Of a stretch of DNA of 54,714 bases, positions 44,596 to 53,033 are shown piece after piece. Origin of the DNA: Candidatus Saccharimonadota bacterium (GTDB lineage Bacteria > Patescibacteriota > Saccharimonadia > Saccharimonadales > Saccharimonadaceae); contig JAPUDS010000022.1 of assembly GCA_027492975.1 (NCBI GenBank), forward strand, positions 1-54,714, written 5' to 3'. The translations under genes were made by a program, and so were the position numbers. Under the pieces are notes generated by a model, which searched no databases, had not been told where the DNA came from, and saw only the letters and a program-made list of their open reading frames with translations. The first letter of the stretch is position 1. Every line of letters begins with the position of its first letter.

Positions 44596-44621
44596 AATTG
44601 TATTTAAAGTCAAATACAATT
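44596..44621. promoter_or_regulatory. Perfect 10-bp inverted repeat AATTGTATTT-6 nt-AAATACAATT upstream of the sigma-r4 gene (candidate operator)
   Basis: Read directly. It lies about 95 nt upstream of the start at 44501 in an AT-rich 380-bp intergenic region. Confidence 0.35.
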
Positions 44622-44882
44622 TTTCATATAATTTTTACCTCTGTTATGTTAAGTACATAAGTTCGGTTTCTTGCGTCAGGAAAGTTGAGATACATTCAAT
44701 TTTCTGCTCGCTACACTAGCAATTATAGCACATTTTAGACGCCTAAGATAAATAATTATTTCGAACTTTTTGTATGAAGAAGATTGTGGTTAGCCTGTTC
44801 ATATTTCACGCTCGCGTCAAGAAAATGCGCTATAGACCCCTTTGGGTTGCAGGATCTAGGAGTGAGAGAAGGGATGAAAACT

Positions 44883-45683
44883 CTACAATAATCGCTGCGT
44901 TGCTTTGAGCGCGGCTGTGCGAAAACCTGGCATGCGAGCGAAAAGGTTGATGCCGAGAGCACCGAGAGCACCAATTTTGGCTTTTGTGATGGCACGCTTT
45001 CGTTCGTTTGCTTCTCGATGCGGTTCTGAGAACTGCGCCCATTTGAGCGCTCGCACACCCAGTTTCCAGCCCTTGCTACGGTCGCCGTAGAGCGATTCGG
45101 CCATACTAAACCGCCTCGTGCCATTCAGTTCGTACTGATGAGGGATTGCTTCTTCAGATGCATCAAGCTGGCGAGCTGTTTCAAACGAAGCTTGTGATGC
45201 GTGCATGAATGACAAGGCCGAAGCACCAAGTTCACGCCGTTCTGCCTCGGAGTGTCCCCTGCTGTTCAGCTCTACTGCCATAGCGGCTTTGAGTGCAAAT
45301 GCACCGAGGTAGAATTCGTCGGCAGCGATTTCACGGTGGATTTCCGGTCCGGTGGGGTTGCCTTGTTTGGCAAGGTTTGTATGAAGTGTACGGGCAACGG
45401 TCATCGCTTCTTGGGCATACTCATCCATACCGAGCCGCTCGTAAGTCGCACCGATATTACGGTAGTTACCAGCCACAACACTTTCCAGTTTTGGGTCGCT
45501 GAGGTTGCCGACAACTCCTTGTGCTTCGGCCGGGTCGAGCGTAAAAAGCTTGCCAGTCAGAGCTTCATTTGCGCCGATGCGCAGTTGCAGAACATCATCG
45601 TATCTTCCGGCGATGTGAAGACTTGTTGCCTCACCCATCGCTTCGTGGAAGGCGTCGACGGACCTGTTCCGACTTTCGTTCAT
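44883..45683 (-). CDS. Hypothetical helical-repeat protein (GC-rich gene)
   Basis: 266-aa ORF with AGGAG upstream. TPR-like segment NYRNIGATYERLGMDEYAQEAMTVA. 36/60 G+C in line 45301. Confidence 0.55.
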   Translation of the reverse strand: MNESRNRSVDAFHEAMGEATSLHIAGRYDDVLQLRIGANEALTGKLFTLDPAEAQGVVGNLSDPKLESVVAGNYRNIGATYERLGMDEYAQEAMTVARTLHTNLAKQGNPTGPEIHREIAADEFYLGAFALKAAMAVELNSRGHSEAERRELGASALSFMHASQASFETARQLDASEEAIPHQYELNGTRRFSMAESLYGDRSKGWKLGVRALKWAQFSEPHREANERKRAITKAKIGALGALGINLFARMPGFRTAALKATQRLL

Positions 45684-45871
45684 ACGTTCAAACGCTCCTC
45701 TTTTCAGTAGTATTAGTCTATCTTTTCATAATAGCACACTTTATATATTTTGTCAATATCTCCCCTGTTGCGGCAAGTAAATATGACGAACCCACCCTGA
45801 CGGCGAATTCCTTTTCTCTCGATAGCCACTAAGCCATCAAGGTGGTATTCGTCACGGGTGGGCTGGGGATC

Positions 45872-46183
45872 TCAGTTGGCGACGATCGCCTCGAGATCCT
45901 TGATGTGCTGCTCGAGCGCTTGTGCGTAGCGTCCGCTTCCGCCGTTCTTGCGATGGATCGCATACTCGGAGCGCTTGTGGCTGAGCATGCGGTCGAAGAT
46001 TCGCTTGATGTCCTTGATTGCCAACTCTGTGGCCTCTTCGGTCTTGAGAGGGGAGTCGAGGTGAACCCCTTCATCCTCGAGGTGGTCTTCGACCCACCAA
46101 CAGGTCCCTCCCCCGAGATGGAACTCACCGTCGGTTGCTCGCATGGCGAGATCCCAGATGAGTGAACGGTATGTTGTTGCCAC
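45872..46183 (-). CDS. Hypothetical small protein (GC-rich islet)
   Basis: 103-aa ORF with a GTG start and GAAGGGAAG upstream. Its composition is protein-like, unlike the two overlapping S/T/R-rich ORFs. Confidence 0.45.
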   Translation of the reverse strand: MATTYRSLIWDLAMRATDGEFHLGGGTCWWVEDHLEDEGVHLDSPLKTEEATELAIKDIKRIFDRMLSHKRSEYAIHRKNGGSGRYAQALEQHIKDLEAIVAN

Positions 46184-46281
46184 GTTTTCTTCCCTTCTAC
46201 TCTGGTGTGAAGTAACGCTTGCGAGTCATGATACAAGAAAGAGGCGTATCTGTCAACTGTTGCGAAATGAGTTCTCTGGTG

Positions 46282-48633
46282 CTATTTCTTTTTCCGCGTA
46301 AATCGCCGTTTGCCGGTTTTCGCCGGTGCTGCGGCAAGCAGCTTTTTCGCTTCGTCGTGGGTGATAGTCTTCGGGTCGGTATCTTTCGGAATTTTGGCAT
46401 TTTTCTTGCCGTCGGTGATATATGGACCATAGCGGCCGTTGAGGACTTTAACGCCGTCGCCAAAGTCGGCAATGTTTTTCTCGGCTTCAACTTTCAACTT
46501 TTCGGCGTAGAGTTCGCGGGCTTCCATCTCCGAAATAGTGTGCGGGTCGAGCGGTTTTTTGATGCTGACGTAGAGTTTACCAACCTGGATATACGGCCCA
46601 AATCGACCGATATTGGCTTTGATCTCCTGGCCGTCGTCAGTGGTACCGACAATTCGCGGCAGCTCAAAGGCCTTGAGCGCCTGTTCGAGCGTGACGGTTT
46701 CGACGCGAGTGCCTTTTGGCAATGGAGCGAATTCTGGTTTCTCCTCAGCTTCTGTGCTGCCGAGCTGTAACAGCGGTCCAAAACGGCCAAAACGGGCAAA
46801 TATCGGCTTGCCGCTCTTTGGTTCGATACCAACTTCCCTTGCCTGTGCAACGCTAGCGCGGTCGATATCGCCCGAACCTTCGATGCGCTCATGGAACGGC
46901 CCGTAAAAATTCTTGAGCATAGTGTTGCGGTCAAGTTTTTCGGCGGCAATCTCGTCAAATTCTTTCTCAACGTTCGCAGTAAAACCATAGTCGACGATCT
47001 CGTCAAAATGGTTAGTCAAAAAGTCGGCTATCAGCTCACCAGCCGGCGTCGGGACGAGCTTGCCTTTGTCCGCCCCGGTTTTTTCGACAATCGTGCGGTG
47101 AGTGATATTCTCATCTCGTTCTTCTCTGTCGGCTGTCGACTGCGGGCTGTAGATTAGTTCTACAACTTCCCGTTCTGTCCCTTCGCCAACTCCTCGCTCA
47201 ACATAACCGCGGGTCTGGATAGTGCTGATAATTGTCGCATAGGTGCTTGGACGACCGATGCCGAGCTCTTCAAGCTTCTTCACGAGCGAGCCTTCGGTGT
47301 ACCTGGCTGGGGGTCGTGAGAAGGTCTGGCGCGCAAGAGCTTCAGCTAGGTCGAGAATATCGCCAGTTTTCAGTACTGGCAACAGGTTGTCTTCTTTTGA
47401 ACGCCCGTACACTTTCAGGAAGCCATCGAACGTTACGATTTCACCCTTCGCAACAAATTCTTTATTCTGTCGGCTGTCGGCTGTCGGCTGAATAGAGATT
47501 GTGATCTCTGTTCTCTCCAGCTTGGCTGGTGTCATCTGGCTCGCGAGAGTGCGGCGACGTATAAGATCGTAGAGTTTTTGGTCGTATTCATTACTGGATG
47601 CAATCTCGCGGCTCATATCTGTCGGGCGAATAGCTTCATGAGCTTCTTGAGCACTTGTATTCTTCGTTTTATACGCACGTACTTTAACGTAGTCTTTGCC
47701 AAATGCTTGCTCTATATACCCCGCAGCAGCGGCCATAGCTTGTTTTGACAAGTTGACGCTGTCAGTACGCATATAGGTGATCTTACCCTCTTGATACAGC
47801 TTCTGGGCGGCTTGCATGGTTGCCTTTGAGCTAAAACCAAGCTGTGCGTTGGCAGTTTGTTGCAAGGTACTGGTCGTAAACGGCGCGGCTGGATTGCGGG
47901 TTCCGGGACTTTTAGAGACGGCACTGACTTGAAAGGATGATTGTTGCAGCTGCTCAAGAAACGTGCGAGCCTCGTCTTCGGTCGCAAAGCGCTCGGAGAG
48001 CTCAGCTTTGATCGTTTCGCCGTCGTGCTCAAAGAGTCCAGTTACCTTAAAGTCAAATTGGCTATCGAAACTGCGGATCTCGCGTTCGCGTTCAACAAGG
48101 AGTCGAACTGCTGGACTCTGAACGCGTCCGGCCGACTTGCCGCCAGGGACTTTTTGCCAGACAACCGGGCTGAGTTCGAACCCGACGAGCCGGTCAAGGA
48201 TTTGCCGAGCTTGTTGTGCCCGCACCAGGCTCATATCGACAGTACGCGGGTTTTTTACCGCTTCTTCTATGGCGCTTTTGGTGATTTCATGAAAGACGAT
48301 GCGGTTCGTTTTCGCCGGGTCGAGTTTCAAAACTTCACAGAGGTGCCAGGCGATCGCCTCCCCTTCGCGGTCTTCGTCGGTTGCGAGCCAGACAGTATCG
48401 GCTGCTTTAACGGCTTTTTTTAGTTCAGTGATTGTCTTTTTCTTGTCGCTATCGACTTCGTAGACTGTTTCAAAACCATTCTTTATGTCTATCGGCGGCG
48501 TGCCGTCTTTGGTTTTTTTAGCGATCGAGCGGATATGACCGATACTCGAAAGCACCTTGAAGTCTTTTCCAAGGTAGCCTTCGATAGTTTTTGCCTTTGC
48601 TGGTGACTCTACGATAACGAGATTTTTTGACAT
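46282..48633 (-). CDS. topA: DNA topoisomerase I
   Basis: Toprim N-terminus LVIVESPAKAKTIEGYLG, ATDEDREGEAI, active-site region YMRTDS, and C-terminal GRFGPY/GRYGPY repeats (zinc-free type). Confidence 0.93.
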   Translation of the reverse strand: MSKNLVIVESPAKAKTIEGYLGKDFKVLSSIGHIRSIAKKTKDGTPPIDIKNGFETVYEVDSDKKKTITELKKAVKAADTVWLATDEDREGEAIAWHLCEVLKLDPAKTNRIVFHEITKSAIEEAVKNPRTVDMSLVRAQQARQILDRLVGFELSPVVWQKVPGGKSAGRVQSPAVRLLVEREREIRSFDSQFDFKVTGLFEHDGETIKAELSERFATEDEARTFLEQLQQSSFQVSAVSKSPGTRNPAAPFTTSTLQQTANAQLGFSSKATMQAAQKLYQEGKITYMRTDSVNLSKQAMAAAAGYIEQAFGKDYVKVRAYKTKNTSAQEAHEAIRPTDMSREIASSNEYDQKLYDLIRRRTLASQMTPAKLERTEITISIQPTADSRQNKEFVAKGEIVTFDGFLKVYGRSKEDNLLPVLKTGDILDLAEALARQTFSRPPARYTEGSLVKKLEELGIGRPSTYATIISTIQTRGYVERGVGEGTEREVVELIYSPQSTADREERDENITHRTIVEKTGADKGKLVPTPAGELIADFLTNHFDEIVDYGFTANVEKEFDEIAAEKLDRNTMLKNFYGPFHERIEGSGDIDRASVAQAREVGIEPKSGKPIFARFGRFGPLLQLGSTEAEEKPEFAPLPKGTRVETVTLEQALKAFELPRIVGTTDDGQEIKANIGRFGPYIQVGKLYVSIKKPLDPHTISEMEARELYAEKLKVEAEKNIADFGDGVKVLNGRYGPYITDGKKNAKIPKDTDPKTITHDEAKKLLAAAPAKTGKRRFTRKKK

Positions 48634-48804
48634 ATGCTCTTTTCTATATAGTACAGCCACCTATACTAGCACCAAAAAATGATTTGTAAATAAAGAGATT
48701 GCGGTTGACGCCAGAAAAGCATAGGCGTATAACGGGAGGTAGCTGTAAGTGTTATAAAACAAAAACAGCGGTAACTATAATTTTGTAGATATAGGAGAAA
48801 AAAT

Positions 48805-49059
48805 ATGACTGCATCTTTAGTTGAACAAAAATTTGCGCCTGCTGGTGCGGAAACATGGCGTAGCAGCGGGTGGGACAACCGAGAGCTCGGAGCGCGTGCC
48901 ACTAGGCCGCCGAGATGGAATGATGATGTTAACCATACTAACCCTGTTATGGCAAATTGGCCCGGTACGAGAGTGTCGACGGATAGTGACGAGCTAGGCA
49001 GATACCATCAATATGTGGCTAGAATGTACGCCGACGGGACGCTGGGCGACGAAGCATAG
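48805..49059 (+). CDS. Hypothetical small protein
   Basis: 84-aa ORF with AGGAG RBS 9 nt upstream of the ATG. No motif recognised. Confidence 0.45.
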   Translation: MTASLVEQKFAPAGAETWRSSGWDNRELGARATRPPRWNDDVNHTNPVMANWPGTRVSTDSDELGRYHQYVARMYADGTLGDEA

Positions 49060-49300
49060 AGGTGCGTCTCCGGGACGTTAAAAGCCACCCGGAGGGACGG
49101 GTGGCTCGGGTGCGGGATGGGATTTCCGCGGTGACAGTGACGGCTCGTCGGGCCTACCGGAGCTACCCCGGTATTATGGACCTGCTTCCCAAGCAGGAAT
49201 TATGACATATCCTTTCGGACATCCGTAGATCTAACTACGGCCGTTTGGCGTTTATAGCCCGAAGCACGGAGGTACGCTTCGGAACGCTTGAGAGGAGAAC

Positions 49301-49873
49301 CTACTTGGCCTTGGTGACGCAGAGCGTCACGCCAGCCGCGGGGGCGCTGTCGTTGAACTTCTTGGCGAAGTTCGCGGTCAGCGTTACCTTCGCGCCATCG
49401 TTCTTCATCGGCTCGATGGCCGACACGACGGTATTGCTACCGTCGAAGATCGCTGCCACGTAGGCGTCCCCGTGGACCGGTTTGCCGGTGATCCGGATGA
49501 TCACCGAGTCGTCGGTCCACTCAGTTGCCACCTTGTCGCCGGTCGGGGCGTCCACCTTGCCGTCCTTCTTGAGGATGAGCGAGACGAACCCTTCTCCGCA
49601 CTGCAGCCGGCCATCGCGGATCGCGACGCCCTTCGGGAGCATGTCGCCGGCTGGCGACAGTCCCTGGCTGTAGTTCGTCTTGACGACCTTCTCCTCCTTC
49701 TCCTCCTCCTTCGCGTCGCTCGAGGGACGCAGGTTGGAGAAGAGGGCTACCGTGAGGATCACGATGATGACCAGCAGGCCGATCACCACGCCCATCACGG
49801 TTGTCCGGCTCCATCGAGGAGCGCGGGTGCCGCCCGGGCCAGCCGAGGCGGCGGGGGTTGGCGTTGGTGCCAT
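49301..49873 (-). CDS. Membrane-anchored extracytoplasmic protein of unknown function in a ~62% GC islet
   Basis: AAGGAGG RBS 5 nt upstream of the ATG at 49873. Pro/Ala-rich N-terminus, a TM VMGVVIGLLVIIVILTVALF, and a beta-rich C-terminal domain. G+C is 38/60 and 37/60 in lines 49561 and 49741. Confidence 0.6.
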   Translation of the reverse strand: MAPTPTPAASAGPGGTRAPRWSRTTVMGVVIGLLVIIVILTVALFSNLRPSSDAKEEEKEEKVVKTNYSQGLSPAGDMLPKGVAIRDGRLQCGEGFVSLILKKDGKVDAPTGDKVATEWTDDSVIIRITGKPVHGDAYVAAIFDGSNTVVSAIEPMKNDGAKVTLTANFAKKFNDSAPAAGVTLCVTKAK

Positions 49874-50026
49874 GACAGCCTCCTTGGGCTGACCCGTGTA
49901 CGCACGAGCACGGGGAGTACGGATGTACCCCACTTCAGCTATCCCTCAATAGCTTCATTTTTTATAGTAGCACAAAAATAACTATAAGTCAATGATTAGA
50001 TCATGAAACATAAGAATTAAATAGTA

Positions 50027-50878
50027 TTATAACGACCAGTGATTTCCCCCAAGGGGGCGAATAACACCGCGCAGTTCAAGCATTGTTATAGTTGTTGAGT
50101 AGGTACTCGCGTCGAGATGTGATTTCTTCTGTAGTTCATCTCCATCAGAAATGCCGGACTGTATAAGGTCTAAAACAGCCTGTTCTTCCGGTGTTTGAGC
50201 GAGCAGTAGCGCCTGTTTGGGTATCTTTTCGAGTGGTACAAACTGGTCGACGAACGCGTCGATATCGACGATGGGTATTGTGCCTTGCTCGATGAGCTTG
50301 TTGCAGCCGGCACTCATGGGACTTGTGATATTTCCTGGTACAGCGTAGACATCCCGCCCCTGTTCGAGAGCGTGCATAACTGTGTTCATAGTACCGCTCC
50401 GCGCGGCTGCTTCCGTTACTATAACGGCATCAGCGAGGCCGCTGACGATCCGGTTTCGCTCCAAAAACTGGTGTGCAAGCGGTGGCGTGCCGGGTTCGTA
50501 TTCGCTGATGATAGCGCCGTCTTTTGCGAGAATTTGCTCCGCGAGCTGTCGATGGCTCGTCGGTGTTATGACGTCGACGCCGCTTGCAAGCACGGCTATG
50601 GTTCGACCGCCAACATTGAGCGCTCCCTGGTGAGCAAGGCCGTCTATACCGAGTGCGAGTCCGCTAACTATGATCACGCCGCGTTTTGCTAGTTTCTCAG
50701 CAAGATCCAAGGTAACTGCCCTACCATAAGGTGTGGGTTTTCGGGTCCCTACGATGGCGACTGCCGGCCCGAGGACCGCCGGATTACCGGTAGCATAGAG
50801 TTTTCTGGGAGGCTGCGATATCGCAGAAAATGCTGGCTTGAAACAGGGGTCAGAAATGCTTATGGTATTGAATTTCAT
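50027..50878 (-). CDS. dprA: DNA processing protein DprA (Smf)
   Basis: VAIVGTRKPTPYG, IVSGLALGIDG.AH.GAL, EY.PGT.P....F..RNRI.SGL, and SG...T...A.EQGRDVYAVPG.I. Confidence 0.9.
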   Translation of the reverse strand: MKFNTISISDPCFKPAFSAISQPPRKLYATGNPAVLGPAVAIVGTRKPTPYGRAVTLDLAEKLAKRGVIIVSGLALGIDGLAHQGALNVGGRTIAVLASGVDVITPTSHRQLAEQILAKDGAIISEYEPGTPPLAHQFLERNRIVSGLADAVIVTEAAARSGTMNTVMHALEQGRDVYAVPGNITSPMSAGCNKLIEQGTIPIVDIDAFVDQFVPLEKIPKQALLLAQTPEEQAVLDLIQSGISDGDELQKKSHLDASTYSTTITMLELRGVIRPLGGNHWSL

Positions 50879-50898
50879 ATAAATTGTGGTAAAAAGTA

Positions 50899-50927
50899 TT
50901 GACTTTATGTTAAATACGTGCTAATAT
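50899..50927 (+). promoter_or_regulatory. Near-consensus sigma70-type promoter TTGACT-17 nt-TAATAT with no ORF downstream
   Basis: TTGACT at 50899-50904 and TAATAT at 50922-50927. Confidence 0.6.
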
Positions 50928-50933
50928 GTGTAA

Positions 50934-51257
50934 TGTATTTGGCAGCAATAGCCGCCAAAACGCACCTTATACCCCCATTTTAACAGATAAAATTCTGTTA
51001 GGCGGTCCAGTGAAACGTCTGAAAGTTTCTACCCTCCACTTCCAGACATTTATGTTTCACTGACCTCTAACCCCTTTAACCCCCAGACTGACTCCTGCGA
51101 GTTCAGTGTGGGATCCCGTTCAAGCATGGACTATACAGTAGTGTGAAAGCAGGCGTACTTGAGTCATAAGTGACCTTGTAGCGCTTCCCTGCGGGGTGGG
51201 TTGAAGGGACAAATAGCGGCTCAGCGATGCCCACCCTTGCTGAGTCGCTTTTTGTGT
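50934..51257 (+). ncRNA. Candidate structured non-coding RNA of about 320 nt, class unknown
   Basis: Bounded by the promoter above and an 11-bp-stem terminator with a T-run (51215-51256). It contains several helices: 50981-51000, 51004-51021 with 51043-51065, and GGGTGGG 51194-51200 with CCCACCC 51230-51236. No ORF with an RBS. Confidence 0.45.
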
Positions 51258-51268
51258 AGAAAATGAGT

Positions 51269-51300
51269 AAGCCCCAACCGTTACGGTTGGGGCTTTTGGG
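51269..51300. terminator. Strong hairpin terminator (GCCCCAACCG-TTA-CGGTTGGGGC + TTTT), usable from both strands
   Basis: 10-bp GC-rich stem, followed by TTTTGGG on the plus strand. It lies 4 nt downstream of the stop of the minus-strand gene 51304-51654. Confidence 0.7.
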
Positions 51301-51303
51301 AGC

Positions 51304-51654
51304 CTAGAGGCGAGTGGACTCAAGTGCGTCAAGCAACCTCACGAGCCGGAACAAATCCAGCGACTCGAGGCGGACGCGCTGCGGCTTACGGTAGACGATC
51401 TCGCTGCTGTTGTTGAGCGGGAGTAACTCCTCCAGATACAGTGCCCCCTTCGAGTCGAGATAGATTCGAAAGTCATGCTGGGGGTAATCGTCGAAGTCGT
51501 AGTGGATATACCCCACTTCGGCGAGAAGCAGCGGCCGCCGCCCGAGCCGCTTGAAGGGTCTTCCGGAGACCCATTCATCACGTTCAAGCTCGATGAGCTT
51601 TGCTCTGACGGCTTTCTGGATCGCCCGCAGGACTACCTTCTTCTGCTTAGCCAT
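51304..51654 (-). CDS. Hypothetical basic protein in a ~65% GC islet
   Basis: AAGGA RBS 6 nt upstream of the ATG at 51654 (MAKQKKVVLRAIQK...). 39/60 G+C in line 51361. Confidence 0.5.
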   Translation of the reverse strand: MAKQKKVVLRAIQKAVRAKLIELERDEWVSGRPFKRLGRRPLLLAEVGYIHYDFDDYPQHDFRIYLDSKGALYLEELLPLNNSSEIVYRKPQRVRLESLDLFRLVRLLDALESTRL

Positions 51655-51789
51655 TCTTTTCCTTTGTCTCAAGCTCCTTTTTCGGAGCGGGTATGGGTCG
51701 GAGTAGAACTCAAACAACTCTCGTCGCTCGACGAAAACAACCGTAGTATAACATACGTGAGAGTTATTGCAATTTTGTTGCAGTAAGCA

Positions 51790-52200
51790 TTAGCCTTTTC
51801 GGCAATCGCTACACACACCTTGCAGTTCGATATGATGCGTGGTGAGTGTGTAATCGTGAGCGCTGGCAAGTTTGCTCACGAGTTTTTCGAGTCGAGGTGT
51901 GCGTTCAAGGTCTACCAGAGAACCGCATTTGACGCAAACGAGGTGATGGTGGTGTGCTTTGAAGGGTTCTGCGAGCTCGTAGCGCTGTTTGAAGCCGACT
52001 TGAACGATATCGACGATACCAAGTTTTGTGAAGAGTTGGAGTGTGCGGTAAACGCTCGTGCGCTCGGCGAACTGGCTGGCGCGCAGGATTTCTTGGAGTG
52101 TTAGTGGTTGGTCGCGGCTATCAAGTATGGAAAATATGTCCCGTCGTGGTTCGGTAAGACGAAGATCATGGTCCCGGAAAAATGCCTCGAGGCGTTCCAT
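51790..52200 (-). CDS. zur: Fur-family metalloregulator (Zur-like)
   Basis: RLT.PRR.I...L.....P.T..EI, a winged-helix TVYRTL, then HHHHLVCVKCG ... CSDC metal sites. Divergent from a ZIP transporter gene. Confidence 0.8.
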   Translation of the reverse strand: MERLEAFFRDHDLRLTEPRRDIFSILDSRDQPLTLQEILRASQFAERTSVYRTLQLFTKLGIVDIVQVGFKQRYELAEPFKAHHHHLVCVKCGSLVDLERTPRLEKLVSKLASAHDYTLTTHHIELQGVCSDCRKG

Positions 52201-52237
52201 GTTGCAAGTATACAGCCTACTGCAACATATTTGCAAC
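52201..52237. promoter_or_regulatory. TTGCAA-type inverted/direct repeats in the zur-zupT divergent region (candidate Zur box)
   Basis: GTTGCA at 52201-52206 faces TGCAAC at 52221-52226. The palindrome TGCAA-CATAT-TTGCA lies at 52221-52235. Confidence 0.4.
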
Positions 52238-52286
52238 AAGACCTCGGTATGCGATATGCTTTTTTGCGTATGAAAGGACAGAAACA

Positions 52287-53033
52287 ATGAATTACTGGTA
52301 CATGGTCATGGCGATCGCCATCGGTAGTGCTCTTTCCTTGCTTGGCGGCGCGACAATATTTTTAGCGAAAAAGAAGCGAAAACGTGCTGTGGCGATCGCC
52401 CTGCCCTTTGGTGCTGGTGCATTGCTCGCGGCGGCGTTTTTTGACTTGCTACCGGAAGCGTTCGAGATTGGCGATGCGGGGACGTTGTTGGTGTGGGCGC
52501 TCGTCGGATTTTTGGCATTCTTTATGATGGAGCGGAGTGTAACATGGTTTCACCACCATCACGAACACATGCTAGGCGTTACGAACCGATCTCAGGGTGT
52601 TATGGTGATGATCGGCGACCTGCTGCATAACATGATAGACGGCATAGCCATAGGCGCGGCGTTTCTCGTTAACCCTACGACTGGTTTTATAACGACGCTT
52701 GCGGTGAGTGCGCATGAGATACCAAAAGAACTCGGTACGTTCGGTATACTGCTCTCTCGCGGCTGGAAAGACAGAAAAGTTATGCTGGCGAACATTGCGA
52801 CTGCCGCGGGTACGCTACTTGCTGCTAGTATGACATTTTGGCTCGGTTCTACGATGCGCTTGCCGGTTGCCGAGCTTCTCGCGCTGACCAGTGGGTTCTT
52901 TATCTACGTTGCTGCAAGCGATATAATTCCCGATATTCACGAACAGCCGCGCAAGATCGGCACGGTTCAGGCCGGCATACTAGTGCTCAGCGTGGTGTTT
53001 GTTGGCGTTGTGATACACTTGATCGGTGACTAG
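52287..53033 (+). CDS. zupT: ZIP-family divalent metal (zinc) transporter
   Basis: FFDLLPEA, His-rich loop HHHHEH, HN..DG.AIG..F and SAHEIPKELG.F. Confidence 0.85.
   Translation: MNYWYMVMAIAIGSALSLLGGATIFLAKKKRKRAVAIALPFGAGALLAAAFFDLLPEAFEIGDAGTLLVWALVGFLAFFMMERSVTWFHHHHEHMLGVTNRSQGVMVMIGDLLHNMIDGIAIGAAFLVNPTTGFITTLAVSAHEIPKELGTFGILLSRGWKDRKVMLANIATAAGTLLAASMTFWLGSTMRLPVAELLALTSGFFIYVAASDIIPDIHEQPRKIGTVQAGILVLSVVFVGVVIHLIGD

Noticed and set aside
49472-49981. Multiple long ORFs on both strands across 49472-49981; similarly 13249-14120 and 45829-46236
   Set aside because: These are typical stop-codon-poor alternative frames of high-GC DNA with Arg/Gly/Pro-rich translations. Only the frame with an RBS and a TM/protein-like sequence was kept in each islet.
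50927-51064. 45-codon ORF (MCNVFGSNSRQ...) at the start of the candidate ncRNA
   Set aside because: Its ATG overlaps the -10 hexamer, so it would lie upstream of the predicted transcription start. It has no RBS.
50934-51257. Assignment of the candidate ncRNA to RNase P RNA, tmRNA, SRP RNA or 6S RNA
   Set aside because: I could not find the hallmark strings: GGAAAGTCC with the ACAGAA..GGCTTA P4 partners, a tRNA-like T-arm plus CCA end with a tag ORF, or GGAAGCAGC. The class is left open rather than guessed. CAAATAGCGG weakly resembles the RNase P CCAAATAGGGG, which is insufficient.
51120-51332. 70-aa minus-strand ORF across the ncRNA and terminator region
   Set aside because: It spans two terminator hairpins, has no RBS, and gives an implausible sequence.
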